A stretch of 64,000 bases of DNA from Candidatus Woesebacteria bacterium (lineage in GTDB: Bacteria; Patescibacteriota; Microgenomatia; UBA1400; UBA1396): contig CAVVNJ010000010.1 in assembly GCA_963749595.1 (NCBI GenBank), forward strand, positions 65,223-129,222, in the 5' to 3' direction. Within the stretch, counting starts at the first letter, position 1; each line of letters starts with the position of its first letter. Shown in pieces: positions 35,627-44,797 of this stretch. A program made the translations under genes and the position numbers. The notes beneath the pieces were generated by a model. The model saw only the letters and a program-made list of their open reading frames with translations, searched no databases and had not been told where the DNA came from.

Positions 35627-36562
35627 TTGGCTCAGAGGATATATTTCCCTAACATGGAAAAATATCAAGAGCTTGGGCTTCCGGAATACAATATTCCTGA
35701 AAATACTGGTGTGATTCAACCACTTGAGGAAGGGATTAGAAGTGGGGAAATATTATTTGAAGGTGATCATTTCTTGGGCGTTTGTGCCGCTCCTCTCCGC
35801 CCCCACACCTATGGAAAACACGATGTCTTGTGGTTTATCTCGAGGGAAACGGGTGCCTTGGCCTCCAATTGGAACAATCTTCTACGGGATGAAGCGTTAA
35901 TTATCCAAATTGAGAAAGCATTTAGTTTACGGCAAGAAAAAGACGTCTCCCTGAGGCTATATTGTCACGATACCGTGCGGTCGATTCGTTATCCCCTAGA
36001 CAGTTCCGTTCTACTTGATAGGAACATTCAAAGTATTCCGCAAGCCCACATGCATATCGCTGAGGGAATCTCTAGCCCGCCGCCAGATCGAGTTTCCATC
36101 ATTGGGGCCGATTCTCCCAATTTTATCTATAAGTTGGCAGTAATTTTTAACCATTCTCAGGAGCTATTTTCAAAATGGTTAGTTGAACACAATGTTGACT
36201 TCGGCAAACCATTCTCGTATATCCAGAAAGTTGGACTGACCAATGCGGTTAGAGTACAGCGGACAGTTTTTGAGTTTGAGTCCCTATTGTTTGCATTAAA
36301 AGGTGCTGATGGACTAAAACAACAACTGGAGCCAATCTGGTACGCATTTGTTGCTTCCTTAGAGGACAACAAATTTTCTTACCCTGAATTGTCGGTTTTT
36401 ATGAAAACCAGCTACTCGCCAAACTTGGCCTTCCTAATTCCAACAGTTAACGATAATCGATTGTACAATCTTGACACACAAAAGACCTATGTTTTTGCCG
36501 GAACGATCTCTTCCCCAGTTGAGTTATTAATGAAAGGCGGCGGATGGCTGAACAGAATCTGA
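35627..36562 (+). CDS. Hypothetical protein with a HIT-like histidine motif
   Basis: 311 aa with IPQAHMHIAEG. Overlaps the start of the downstream guanylyltransferase gene. The start codon is uncertain (TTG 35627 or ATG 35654). Confidence 0.5.
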   Translation: MAQRIYFPNMEKYQELGLPEYNIPENTGVIQPLEEGIRSGEILFEGDHFLGVCAAPLRPHTYGKHDVLWFISRETGALASNWNNLLRDEALIIQIEKAFSLRQEKDVSLRLYCHDTVRSIRYPLDSSVLLDRNIQSIPQAHMHIAEGISSPPPDRVSIIGADSPNFIYKLAVIFNHSQELFSKWLVEHNVDFGKPFSYIQKVGLTNAVRVQRTVFEFESLLFALKGADGLKQQLEPIWYAFVASLEDNKFSYPELSVFMKTSYSPNLAFLIPTVNDNRLYNLDTQKTYVFAGTISSPVELLMKGGGWLNRI

Positions 36563-37662
36563 AGGTATCAAATAATATTTTCGCAGTAATTTTGGCCGGA
36601 GGAGGAGGAACAAGATTATGGCCAGCCTCAAAAGAGAAACTCCCCAAACAGTTTCTGAAACTCAACGGCCCCATCACCATGACCCAGGCAACTATGAAGA
36701 GGCTGTTGCCATTTGTTCCAATAGAAAACATTATCCTTGTGACCAATGAAAAGTACGCGGATGAAATAAAGAGGGAGTTGCCCGAGTTGCTAGAGGACAA
36801 CATAATTTATGAGCCAGAAAAAAAAGACACAGCTCTGGCAATGTTGGTTGGAGCGCTGGTGGCGCGCTCAAGAAATCCGGATGCCGTTATTGTAAATGGC
36901 GCCTGCGACCATATTGTGGAGAATATCGATCTATTTATCAATACCATGAAGGATGCAATCTCTATTGCCAGCAATAGTGAAAATCTTGTTGCCGTCGGAA
37001 TTGTTCCGACAAGACCCGACACTGCGTTTGGATACATACAAAGCGGCAAACCAATAACAGTTAAGGGTATATCACGCAAGATTTACGAGGTTTCCTCATT
37101 TCGTGAGAAACCTGATTATGATGTTGCCAAGGAATATGTTGAAAGCAAACAATATTATTGGAATGCAAACATGTACGTCTGGCATGTTGAGACATTAATA
37201 CAAGCTTTCCACAAATACTGTCCAGATGTGCTAAAAAGGGTTCAACCGATTATTAATGCTGATTTTATCTCCATCAAACAGCATCTTCCGAAGATCTATC
37301 AGGATTTTCCTTCCATCTCAATAGATTATGCCATCAGCGAAAAAACGGACAATCTCTTGCTTATCCCGGGAAATTTCGGTTGGAATGACATTGGCGACTG
37401 GAAAGTAGTATATGATCTGCAGCCACATGATGCTAATGGCAATGCTACGATGCCCAATTGTAGTTCAGATGAAGCCATGTTTATTAACAGCCGGGGAAAT
37501 CTAGTTTGGAACAGTAAAAAGAAGATCGCATTACATGGATTAAACAATCTGGTGGTTGTTGATACTGGCGATGTAATAATGATTTGTAAGAAAGATGAAA
37601 CCCAAAAAATAAAAAAAGTTGTTGAGTTGTTAAAAACACAGGGAAGATTGGAATATCTCTGA
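36544..37662 (+). CDS. manC: Mannose-1-phosphate guanylyltransferase-type sugar nucleotidyltransferase
   Basis: FAVILAGGGGTRLWPASKEKLPKQFLKL and GYIQSG...FREKPD. Confidence 0.85.
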   Translation: MAEQNLKVSNNIFAVILAGGGGTRLWPASKEKLPKQFLKLNGPITMTQATMKRLLPFVPIENIILVTNEKYADEIKRELPELLEDNIIYEPEKKDTALAMLVGALVARSRNPDAVIVNGACDHIVENIDLFINTMKDAISIASNSENLVAVGIVPTRPDTAFGYIQSGKPITVKGISRKIYEVSSFREKPDYDVAKEYVESKQYYWNANMYVWHVETLIQAFHKYCPDVLKRVQPIINADFISIKQHLPKIYQDFPSISIDYAISEKTDNLLLIPGNFGWNDIGDWKVVYDLQPHDANGNATMPNCSSDEAMFINSRGNLVWNSKKKIALHGLNNLVVVDTGDVIMICKKDETQKIKKVVELLKTQGRLEYL

Positions 37663-37668
37663 TCAAGA

Positions 37669-38307
37669 TCAGTACGAGGACAATACGTTTCCAGAAACAT
37701 TCTCTTTTTCTTTGCCTACGGCATAGGCGCTATGTTCCAAAAATAGCCAGGTATGAAAGTCAGACAAGGTCGAAATCCTTCTTATCTTTTCTTCAAGCTT
37801 TTTAACGCTTTCAGCCTCTCTACCTTTTCTTTCCCGCAGCACTTCTTCGCTGATACCAATGTTCTCTGAAGTAAGGAAGTCAAGTTCATACCCATCATTC
37901 GGAGTCAAGCCAAATACCCATTCGAAAGCCGCTTTGGTCCTAGCCATATGAAATTCCGAGGTGATGACTAATAACCGTTTTAAATTTCTTGGATCGGTGT
38001 GAATAACTCTGGCGAAGTAGGCGTTTCCGATGGTATCGTAGGAAGAAGTTTCCAATAATATTTTTTCAGGGCTGATACCCCGGCTGGCTAAATAATATGC
38101 CGCTGCTTGTGATTCAAAAATGGGAAAACCCTGTGGGTTCAGCGGTGGTGCTTTGTGGGTAGTGCCCGCGCTCAAGGTAATGAAAAATGGATTCTCGCGG
38201 TTACTTTTTAGTGCAAGTTCTAACCTTGCTTTGGTCCATTCCGGCAAACCACCTTTGTCTGTCAGACCACCACCGGGTATAAGAATTGCCTGATATTCTT
38301 TCCTCAC
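37669..38307 (-). CDS. YdcF/DUF218 family protein
   Basis: ILIPGGGLTDKG...LLVITSEFHMARTK. Confidence 0.75.
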   Translation of the reverse strand: MRKEYQAILIPGGGLTDKGGLPEWTKARLELALKSNRENPFFITLSAGTTHKAPPLNPQGFPIFESQAAAYYLASRGISPEKILLETSSYDTIGNAYFARVIHTDPRNLKRLLVITSEFHMARTKAAFEWVFGLTPNDGYELDFLTSENIGISEEVLRERKGREAESVKKLEEKIRRISTLSDFHTWLFLEHSAYAVGKEKENVSGNVLSSY

Positions 38308-38373
38308 ACCATCATCTTATCATAACTATAATTAATCCCCGCCAACAACGTCTTGATTTGTTTTTGATGCCTT

Positions 38374-39444
38374 TCAAAAGCCGTGAGTTTTGGATTTCTT
38401 GCCTCCTTTTTCAAAATAAGAAATTAAATGTGGGTCTATTAATTTGCCTCTTTTTTTCATCAAAAGCAACCTTCTTAATTTGCCCCTCAGAATTTCGGAT
38501 TGGTAAAAAGGACGGATATATCCTAAACGGCTTAATTGGCCAAGCACCGTCTCCGCCTCTTTAAACTGACCTAATATGTCCAAAGATCCAGAAATTCCCT
38601 CAGTGATGGTTGCCACTCTATCGTTGGAAAAGCCGATTTTCTCTACCAACAGTTGAGCTTTGTTAATCGTTATAAATAATTTGTCCTTGTCATTCCGGTG
38701 TGCATATGAAAATAGCAGCATTCGAAATAGCTCTGATTTTGTGACATCGTCTGCAGAATCTATGATATTTTCAGCATAATCAATTACTTTTTGCCATTGA
38801 CTAGTGGCGTAATAGTTCGTGACCACATTTAAATGGGTAAGATTAATTATTTCATTATCTTTTGTTGCTTCTCCAATGCTTAAGGTTTTTTCATTGTATG
38901 ATCTTGTGGCCTCAATAATATCTTCTCCCGTGCTGATGTCCGATAATATCTTTGCCTTTTCAACACAAATATTTCCATAGACTCCGATAGCCCCGGAACA
39001 TCTCGATGACAAGTCAGTTTCAAAAAGATTTTCGTAATACTCTGCCACTATAAAAGCGTTATGGATGTCACCACCCTCTCTAAGTGATCTGATAATCTTT
39101 GGTGCCATGGGAATCATATCGCCGTTTATTACCACCAAACACTCGTTGGCTTGTTCCTCGCAGAAGCCTTTTTTGGTTAATAAGTCCCGCATGAGACTTT
39201 CCCTAAGAAGAATGGCGTCAATTCTGGAGATTGCCAATATCTTGCAAAATGAATTAAGCTGTTTTTGACTGAAAATCCTCTTCCCATTTATCACTTTTGA
39301 CAAAATGCTAGGATCCATATCCCCAAAACCAAGATCCTCCATCATTTCCAGAGATAATTTATTGAGGGAGCTTCCGTTAATAAACACAATTCTATTGCCA
39401 ACTCTTTTATAATATCTTTGCAATAAATTATGTAGCTTTTTCAT
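38374..39444 (-). CDS. Putative HTH regulator with a long helical-repeat C-terminal domain
   Basis: AT-rich 356-aa ORF. The N-terminus DPSILSKVINGKRIFSQKQLNSFCKIL is XRE-HTH-like. The rest is predicted all-helical by eye. Confidence 0.55.
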   Translation of the reverse strand: MKKLHNLLQRYYKRVGNRIVFINGSSLNKLSLEMMEDLGFGDMDPSILSKVINGKRIFSQKQLNSFCKILAISRIDAILLRESLMRDLLTKKGFCEEQANECLVVINGDMIPMAPKIIRSLREGGDIHNAFIVAEYYENLFETDLSSRCSGAIGVYGNICVEKAKILSDISTGEDIIEATRSYNEKTLSIGEATKDNEIINLTHLNVVTNYYATSQWQKVIDYAENIIDSADDVTKSELFRMLLFSYAHRNDKDKLFITINKAQLLVEKIGFSNDRVATITEGISGSLDILGQFKEAETVLGQLSRLGYIRPFYQSEILRGKLRRLLLMKKRGKLIDPHLISYFEKGGKKSKTHGF

Positions 39445-39548
39445 TATCTTTAATTAAATAAATATCTGAATCTTACATCAAAATCAGGTAGGAGTACACT
39501 AATGGTTGCGATAGTTTGATCGATAGTGATCTGATTAAATAGAAAAAT

Positions 39549-39611
39549 ATGTTTGGATTAGCCTTATTGATTGATCTGATTGCAGTTACCAACGCGATTT
39601 GCTCGCCTTAG
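39549..39611 (+). CDS. Possible 20-aa hydrophobic peptide ORF divergent from the regulator
   Basis: MFGLALLIDLIAVTNAICSP. The tgattaaat box at 39532-39540 lies 8 nt before the ATG, matching the window's leaderless spacing. Confidence 0.25.
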   Translation: MFGLALLIDLIAVTNAICSP

Positions 39612-39652
39612 TCCAATAGAAACAATCAATAAACGCTTCCCAGAAATTTATG

Positions 39653-39735
39653 TGCCGGCTGAAGGATTCGAACCTACGTAGGCTATTGCCAACAGATTTA
39701 CAGTCTGTCCCCGTTGACCGCTTGGGTAAGCCGGC
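39653..39735 (-). tRNA. tRNA-Tyr (GTA)
   Basis: Acceptor GCCGGCT/AGCCGGC, anticodon loop cTGTAAa, long variable arm, and T loop TTCGAAT with one U-U mismatch in the T stem. No encoded CCA. Confidence 0.85.
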
Positions 39736-39789
39736 GATAGGGCAAATTATAGCATGATTTTTCTCGAGAAAATTGGTTCCCTAGTCGCC

Positions 39790-40176
39790 TTAACGATTAT
39801 TTGGCTTAGGTTTGATTCTTTGAACCAGACTATGGGCAAATAGCATCATGATGTCGATCCGGCCCAGTTCCAAAAAAAGCGCTTCCAAGGAGCGGGCATT
39901 TTTCTGATCGCGGTAATTTCCGGCAACACTTTCCAAAGCATCAAGGTCGACAACAACTTCCTCTTTACCGACCGAAACTTTCATTTGCGAGCCATGCTGC
40001 TCCCGCAGTTCGGCGATCATTTTATTGACCGTCTCCCAGGCAGATTCAACTCCCGTTGTTTCCGGCTTATGTTCGAAATCCGGGACCGGGAGAACTTCTT
40101 TCAATCGGGTGTTATGGGAAACCACCAGCCGGCCAAAACCTTCGGCAATCGTGGATTGATCTTTTCTTTTTCTCAT
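39790..40176 (-). CDS. Hypothetical protein
   Basis: 128-aa ORF with no recognised motif. Confidence 0.55.
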   Translation of the reverse strand: MRKRKDQSTIAEGFGRLVVSHNTRLKEVLPVPDFEHKPETTGVESAWETVNKMIAELREQHGSQMKVSVGKEEVVVDLDALESVAGNYRDQKNARSLEALFLELGRIDIMMLFAHSLVQRIKPKPNNR

Positions 40177-40237
40177 GATTGAAGTGTATCATACCGATCG
40201 AATTGCCAAATGTCGGTAAAAGGTATGTAATTAATCC

Positions 40238-40897
40238 ATGGACGAAATAACCGACTTGACCCCAGACTCAACCGATCCGGAAATTGGCCCGGTCGATCAG
40301 CAGGGGGCGGTTTCACCGATCATCTGGGTAGTCGGAACATTGATTGTCGTTGCGCTGGTGGTGGCCGCCGCTGTGGGTGGTTACTGGTATGCCACCCGCG
40401 GAACTAAGACTGTTCCCGAACCAACCTTTAGTCCAGCGCCGGAGCCAACGGCGCCCGGAGTGGCTTGCACCCTGGAAGCCAAGCTTTGTCCGGACGGATC
40501 TTCCGTGGGCCGGACCGGTCCCAACTGTGAATTTTCTCCCTGTCCCAATGCCGCCACTCCAACCCCATCGCCCGATCCTTTTGCCTCCTGGAAAACTTAT
40601 TCCAACGATCAGTATGGGTTCTCGATCATGTATCCCGCCGAGTACAAGGTGCTGACCGATAAAGACTCACTGTCCGGTTGGCCCAATGCAGTGGCGCTGA
40701 TCTATAACGGCGGCCAGGCATACGACATTGCCATTCAGGCGTGGGATTCCGAGGAAGATTACCAATTGGCTTATCCCCAAGCCGGCACGGAATTGGTGGT
40801 CTACCAGATCAAGGGCAAGTTCGTGACGGTAGTTGACTCCACCCGCGAGCCGAACAACCAGGCGGTGATGACCACCTTCGAAAAGCTGACTCAGTAG
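40238..40897 (+). CDS. Hypothetical membrane-anchored extracytoplasmic protein
   Basis: TM segment IIWVVGTLIVVALVVAAAVGGYWY, a Pro-rich linker with a CxxxC...C pattern, then a YSNDQYGFSIMYP domain. Confidence 0.6.
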   Translation: MDEITDLTPDSTDPEIGPVDQQGAVSPIIWVVGTLIVVALVVAAAVGGYWYATRGTKTVPEPTFSPAPEPTAPGVACTLEAKLCPDGSSVGRTGPNCEFSPCPNAATPTPSPDPFASWKTYSNDQYGFSIMYPAEYKVLTDKDSLSGWPNAVALIYNGGQAYDIAIQAWDSEEDYQLAYPQAGTELVVYQIKGKFVTVVDSTREPNNQAVMTTFEKLTQ

Positions 40898-41028
40898 CCT
40901 ATATTATTTACTATTTTGCCAAAATCGAGTAAAATTTCCAGGCCAGACCAGTGAACATCGCGTTCTCCAGGTCGGGCATGAACAACTAGCTGTTATCGTC
41001 CGCTTTAGTGCCATAAGGAGGATTTCTC

Positions 41029-41190
41029 ATGGCAACCGTAACCGTAGTAGAAGGTGATATTACCAAAGTCGAGTCTGACGCGATCGCGACCCTCGCCAAC
41101 CCGTTTGGCATGTGGTTCGGCGAAGTGAAGTTGGTGATCTACGACAACCCGTCGCAGGCTGCCCGCTTCCGCGCGCTGCTTGGCAGCTAG
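41029..41190 (+). CDS. 53-aa ORF resembling the N-terminal strand/loop of a Macro domain (possible remnant)
   Basis: An aaggagg RBS lies 7 nt upstream. MATVTVVEGDITKVESDAIATLAN.. then diverges. Absent from the ORF track because it is under 60 aa. Confidence 0.45.
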   Translation: MATVTVVEGDITKVESDAIATLANPFGMWFGEVKLVIYDNPSQAARFRALLGS

Positions 41191-41199
41191 AACTAAACC

Positions 41200-41225
41200 G
41201 GGGGAGCGGAGCAATCCGCTCCCCC
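41200..41225. terminator. Perfect 11-bp stem hairpin between convergent genes
   Basis: gggggagcgga-gcaa-tccgctccccc, followed by aaaatcttt. Confidence 0.7.
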
Positions 41226-41232
41226 AAAATCT

Positions 41233-41634
41233 TTAACGGTCCTTTATTTTCTTCCAGGTGGACATCAATTTTTGGTCGAAACTCCATAATTCCAGAGATT
41301 CTGATTTTGCTCTGGCCAACAAGAAACAATCGGCGAATGACTCAGAAAAAATATCAAAATATTCGAGTGCTAATGCCAGGGTTTTTCGATCAAAAATATT
41401 TATGTACCCAGCAGACAAAAGCGCGCGCAATTTTTTGATAGCTTGTGCTTTAGGAAATCCATAATACTTGTTTAGAATATATTCTGTTTCAAAAATACTA
41501 ACTGAATCGACTACCACGTTGATAGTGCCCGATTGAGCCTTTTGAAAGATTGCCTGGGCCTCTTTGGTCTGGGCGGGCACGTCGGCCAAAAGGAAACGAA
41601 GCAAGATATTTGTGTCGGCCAAAATGGTTTTCAT
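41233..41634 (-). CDS. vapC: PIN-domain toxin VapC
   Basis: ILADTNILLRFLL...ETEYIL...FADCFLLA, the acidic PIN signature. Confidence 0.85.
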   Translation of the reverse strand: MKTILADTNILLRFLLADVPAQTKEAQAIFQKAQSGTINVVVDSVSIFETEYILNKYYGFPKAQAIKKLRALLSAGYINIFDRKTLALALEYFDIFSESFADCFLLARAKSESLELWSFDQKLMSTWKKIKDR

Positions 41635-41882
41635 TTCTCATTCAACATGTCTTCGATCACGCCCTGGGCAAATAAATCATGAATTTGCTCGTTAGACAAA
41701 GGCTTTTTATTGGTGTGAAGGCTGCCTTTTAAATCGAGCCAGTTTTCCACCGGCGTAATCACTATCTTTCCCTTCTCTAGGGACAGCGCAACCTTGCCCT
41801 TTAACGGAATGCCCAGCTTGCGGCGCATTGCGGCGGGGATACTTAACTGTCCTTGAGAGGTTATCGATACCATCGCGACCAT
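41631..41882 (-). CDS. vapB: AbrB/SpoVT-type antitoxin VapB
   Basis: SQGQLSIPAAMRRKLGIPLKGKVALSLEKGKIVITP. Overlaps vapC by 4 nt. Confidence 0.8.
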   Translation of the reverse strand: MVAMVSITSQGQLSIPAAMRRKLGIPLKGKVALSLEKGKIVITPVENWLDLKGSLHTNKKPLSNEQIHDLFAQGVIEDMLNEK

Positions 41883-41913
41883 CCATTAATCTTAAAGTAT
41901 TTCATTACTTTTA

Positions 41914-42129
41914 TCAATTGATCTTATCTTCCCTCATCAATTCTTCCCCAGTGCTAACGAGGTAGCCCATCATTTTGGATTCGGCGAAAGCTTGATCGAG
42001 TTCTTCGACCGTTAGCTGGCGTCCGGCTCGATCGGCTGCTTCTTGAGCCGCGCAAATTGGGCAATTTTCCGGATCAGGCATGCCGCCGGTGACTAATATC
42101 GGTTGAAGATTTTTCTTGAGATAAGTCAT
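41914..42129 (-). CDS. Hypothetical small protein
   Basis: 71-aa ORF containing CPIC. Confidence 0.45.
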   Translation of the reverse strand: MTYLKKNLQPILVTGGMPDPENCPICAAQEAADRAGRQLTVEELDQAFAESKMMGYLVSTGEELMREDKIN

Positions 42130-42246
42130 AGCCCAAATCTAGCAGCCAATCCTTACAGAATACTAACCAAATGTAGAAATGCGGCTGATTTATAGGAAAT
42201 AATTTCTCGCAAAAAACAGGCCGATTTTTCCTGTTACGATAAGCTT

Positions 42247-43387
42247 GTGACCTGGTTGCGTCGATTCTGGCCTTACTTGCTGTTTGCGATCATTGGATTG
42301 CTGGTCTATTTTCCGACCTTTCAAAACGGTTTCGTTTGGGATGATGAGGAGCAAATCGTGCTCAACGAATCGGTCCATACGCTCCAAAATTGGCCGCGGC
42401 TGTTCCGCGGTTCGACTTTCAATGCCGGTGGCGCCACATCTCTCGGGCGGACTGTACTACAAACCACTGATGATGCTGACTTACGCCGTTCTCTATGGAC
42501 TGGCCATCGGCGAAGCCAGTTGGTTTCATGGTTTTCAATTATTACTCCACATCGCCAACGCCGGTTTATTCTTTGCCTTGCTGGTTTGGATTTTCCAAAG
42601 AACGTCGCCCATCCATCGTCTTGGTCGATCGCAATTACTTGTTTTGTGGTTCTTGGCCGCCGTGTTTTTGGTCCACCCACTCAACGTTGAGGCCGTGGCT
42701 TATATTGCCAGCCTGCAAGACGTGCTGGCCATTTTCTGGGGATTGCTGGCGGTGAATATTTTGTTCCGCCGATCAACAACCGTTGGGAGTTATCTTATCG
42801 CCGCGATTTTCTTATTAGCCGCGCTATTTTCCAAAGAAACCGGGGCACTTTTTGTCGTGATGGCCATTCTCGGCACGGTGTTATTTTCCCGAAAAAAAAG
42901 GTCGATCCACGCGGTCGGAGCGATCGGAATAGTAGTGGCAATTCTATATTCTTGGTTGCGCTTCGGCGTGGCGCAGTTGTATTTTCAAGCGCACGGACTA
43001 AGCCCGATTACCCGTATCGGTCTGGGTCAGAGATTGATCAGCCTGCCAAAAATTCTTGGGTTTTACGGCCGGACTTTTATTTGGCCCGATCATTTAGTGA
43101 TTGCACAGCATTGGTTGGTGGCAGATTTTTCGCCGGTCGATTTTTGGCAGCCATTACTCATTATTTTATTTTCACTCGCGATTTTCGTTGGGTGGCTGCG
43201 CCGCACCGGACGGTATCGCGAACCGCAACTGATCTTCTTTTTGTTATGGTTTTTTCTTGGCCTGGGTTTGCACGCCCAGATTTTTCCGCTCGACATGACC
43301 GTAGCCGACCGTTGGTTCGCGTTTCCGATGCTGGGACTTTTGGGACTGGGGGCAGTTATTGCTTGGCCGGCAATCGATCGGAATTAA
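42247..43387 (+). CDS. Polytopic PMT/TMTC-like glycosyltransferase-type membrane domain (frame break at about 42437-42450)
   Basis: LVYFPTFQNGFVWDDEEQIVLNESV, then GGLYYKPLMMLTYA in the next frame, followed by many TM helices. Confidence 0.65.
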
Positions 43388-43970
43388 GCGGCCGGTAATC
43401 AAATGGTTCTGGCTGATTATCGGTTTGATTGTTTTGTTGGCGCTGGGGTCGCGCAGCTGGTTCCGGGTTCAAGTCTGGCGGGATAGTCTGACCCTTTACA
43501 GCCAGGACATTCAACAAAATCCGGACGCTTTTGACTTAACGAACAATTATGGAGTGGCGCTCTACCGAGCTGGTCGTGAGGAAGACGCGCTGGGCGCTTT
43601 TCGCCGCTCAACGGAAATTGCGCCTGACTGGTGGACCAACTGGAACAATTTAGGCGCCATTCAAGAGCAGCCGGGGCAAATCGATCTGTCCCGGCAGTCG
43701 TACCAAAAGGCGATCGATAAAGGCCAGTATTATTTGGCTTATGAAAATCAGGCGAACTTGTTGTTTAACCATTATCCGGAAGAGGCAATTGCGTTTATCG
43801 AGGAGACTTTGCCGGTTCTGCCCTACAATTTAAAACTCTGGCATTTGTATATTTTGGCCTTGGAAAAACAGGGCCGGATTCAAGATTCGTTGCGAGTGGC
43901 TCAAGAGCTGGCGAAGCGAACGGGGCAGACTCCGTTTACCGAGTTGTACCAGAGACTGAAAACTTTATGA
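43359..43970 (+). CDS. TPR-repeat C-terminal part of the same protein (frame break at about 43380-43390)
   Basis: TM segment, then NNYGVALYRAGREEDALGAFRRSTEIAPDWWTNWNNLGA (TPR). Confidence 0.65.
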   Translation: MLGRQSIGIKRPVIKWFWLIIGLIVLLALGSRSWFRVQVWRDSLTLYSQDIQQNPDAFDLTNNYGVALYRAGREEDALGAFRRSTEIAPDWWTNWNNLGAIQEQPGQIDLSRQSYQKAIDKGQYYLAYENQANLLFNHYPEEAIAFIEETLPVLPYNLKLWHLYILALEKQGRIQDSLRVAQELAKRTGQTPFTELYQRLKTL

Positions 43971-43978
43971 GGTTTTCC

Positions 43979-43987
43979 TGATACAAT
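43979..43987 (+). promoter_or_regulatory. Extended -10 (TGaTACAAT) upstream of tRNA-Trp
   Basis: tgatacaat at 43979-43987, 13 nt before the tRNA 5' end. Confidence 0.4.
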
Positions 43988-44000
43988 ACGTAGCATTGTT

Positions 44001-44071
44001 AGGGCTATGATGTAACGGTAGCATGAGGGTCTCCAAAACCCTTCGTCTAGGTTCAAATCCTAGTAGCCCTG
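44001..44071 (+). tRNA. tRNA-Trp (CCA)
   Basis: Acceptor AGGGCTA/TAGCCCT, anticodon loop cTCCAAa, T loop TTCAAAT. No encoded CCA. Confidence 0.9.
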
Positions 44072-44124
44072 CTGACTATTGAATACCCATTGACACCTGT
44101 TGCTTATATGCAACAATATCCTAA

Positions 44125-44436
44125 GTGAAAAAGATTGTCGAAATCGACGAAAGGGCTAGTAAGGAACTCAGAACCTTCTCTCCAGAAATCCAAGCTAGAT
44201 TCGTCGCTCTGTTCGGCATTTTAGGTCAAGAAGGTTTTCTCAAGGAACCGTTTGCCAAGCGGCTCGATGACAAACTCTTTGAGGTTCGAGTCAAACATGA
44301 AGGACAGTGGCGAGCGGTTTATGCCTACGTCGATAAAAATAAAGTAATTATTTTGTCGGCCTTTCACAAAAAGACGCAGAAAGCGCCGAAACAAGAATTA
44401 AAGAAAGCCGAAAAACGTTTACAGGAGTATTTATGA
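44125..44436 (+). CDS. Gp49/HigB-like RelE-superfamily toxin
   Basis: FSPEIQARFVALFGIL...LFEVRVKHEGQWRAVYAYVDKNKVIILSAFHKKTQK. Confidence 0.75.
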   Translation: MKKIVEIDERASKELRTFSPEIQARFVALFGILGQEGFLKEPFAKRLDDKLFEVRVKHEGQWRAVYAYVDKNKVIILSAFHKKTQKAPKQELKKAEKRLQEYL

Positions 44437-44720
44437 AGAAACAACCAAAAACCATCTCGATTAAAGAATTTTCTCAGGGATTTAGCCAGGAACAAAAAAG
44501 AATCGTCGAAGAAGAAACCCGATTTTATTTTTTACTGACTTCTTTCAAAGAAGCCAGGGAAAAGAAGGGTTTGTCTCAGGAAGAACTGGCTCGAAAGGCC
44601 AAAGTGAACCGTACTACCCTCAGCAAAATCGAGTCCGGTCTCCGCAATGCGACGATCGACACTCTAGATAAGTTGGCGACAGCCATGGATATGAAGCTGG
44701 ATGTTAGATTGAGGGCTTAA
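44433..44720 (+). CDS. XRE-family HTH antitoxin (HigA-like)
   Basis: KGLSQEELARKAKVNRTTLSKIESGLRNATIDTL. Overlaps the toxin by 4 nt. Confidence 0.8.
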   Translation: MKKQPKTISIKEFSQGFSQEQKRIVEEETRFYFLLTSFKEAREKKGLSQEELARKAKVNRTTLSKIESGLRNATIDTLDKLATAMDMKLDVRLRA

Positions 44721-44797
44721 TTTTCCGAAGTAGTTCCAACACGCTTCATTAGTCCCCACAACAGCCAAACTAATTTTTCTTTGCTATCATAGCCGCA

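Noticed and set aside
39445-39652. Integrated prophage or island junction at tRNA-Tyr (also checked at tRNA-Trp).
   Set aside because: No integrase was found, and no direct repeat of the tRNA 3' end could be found by eye. Only compositional hints remain.
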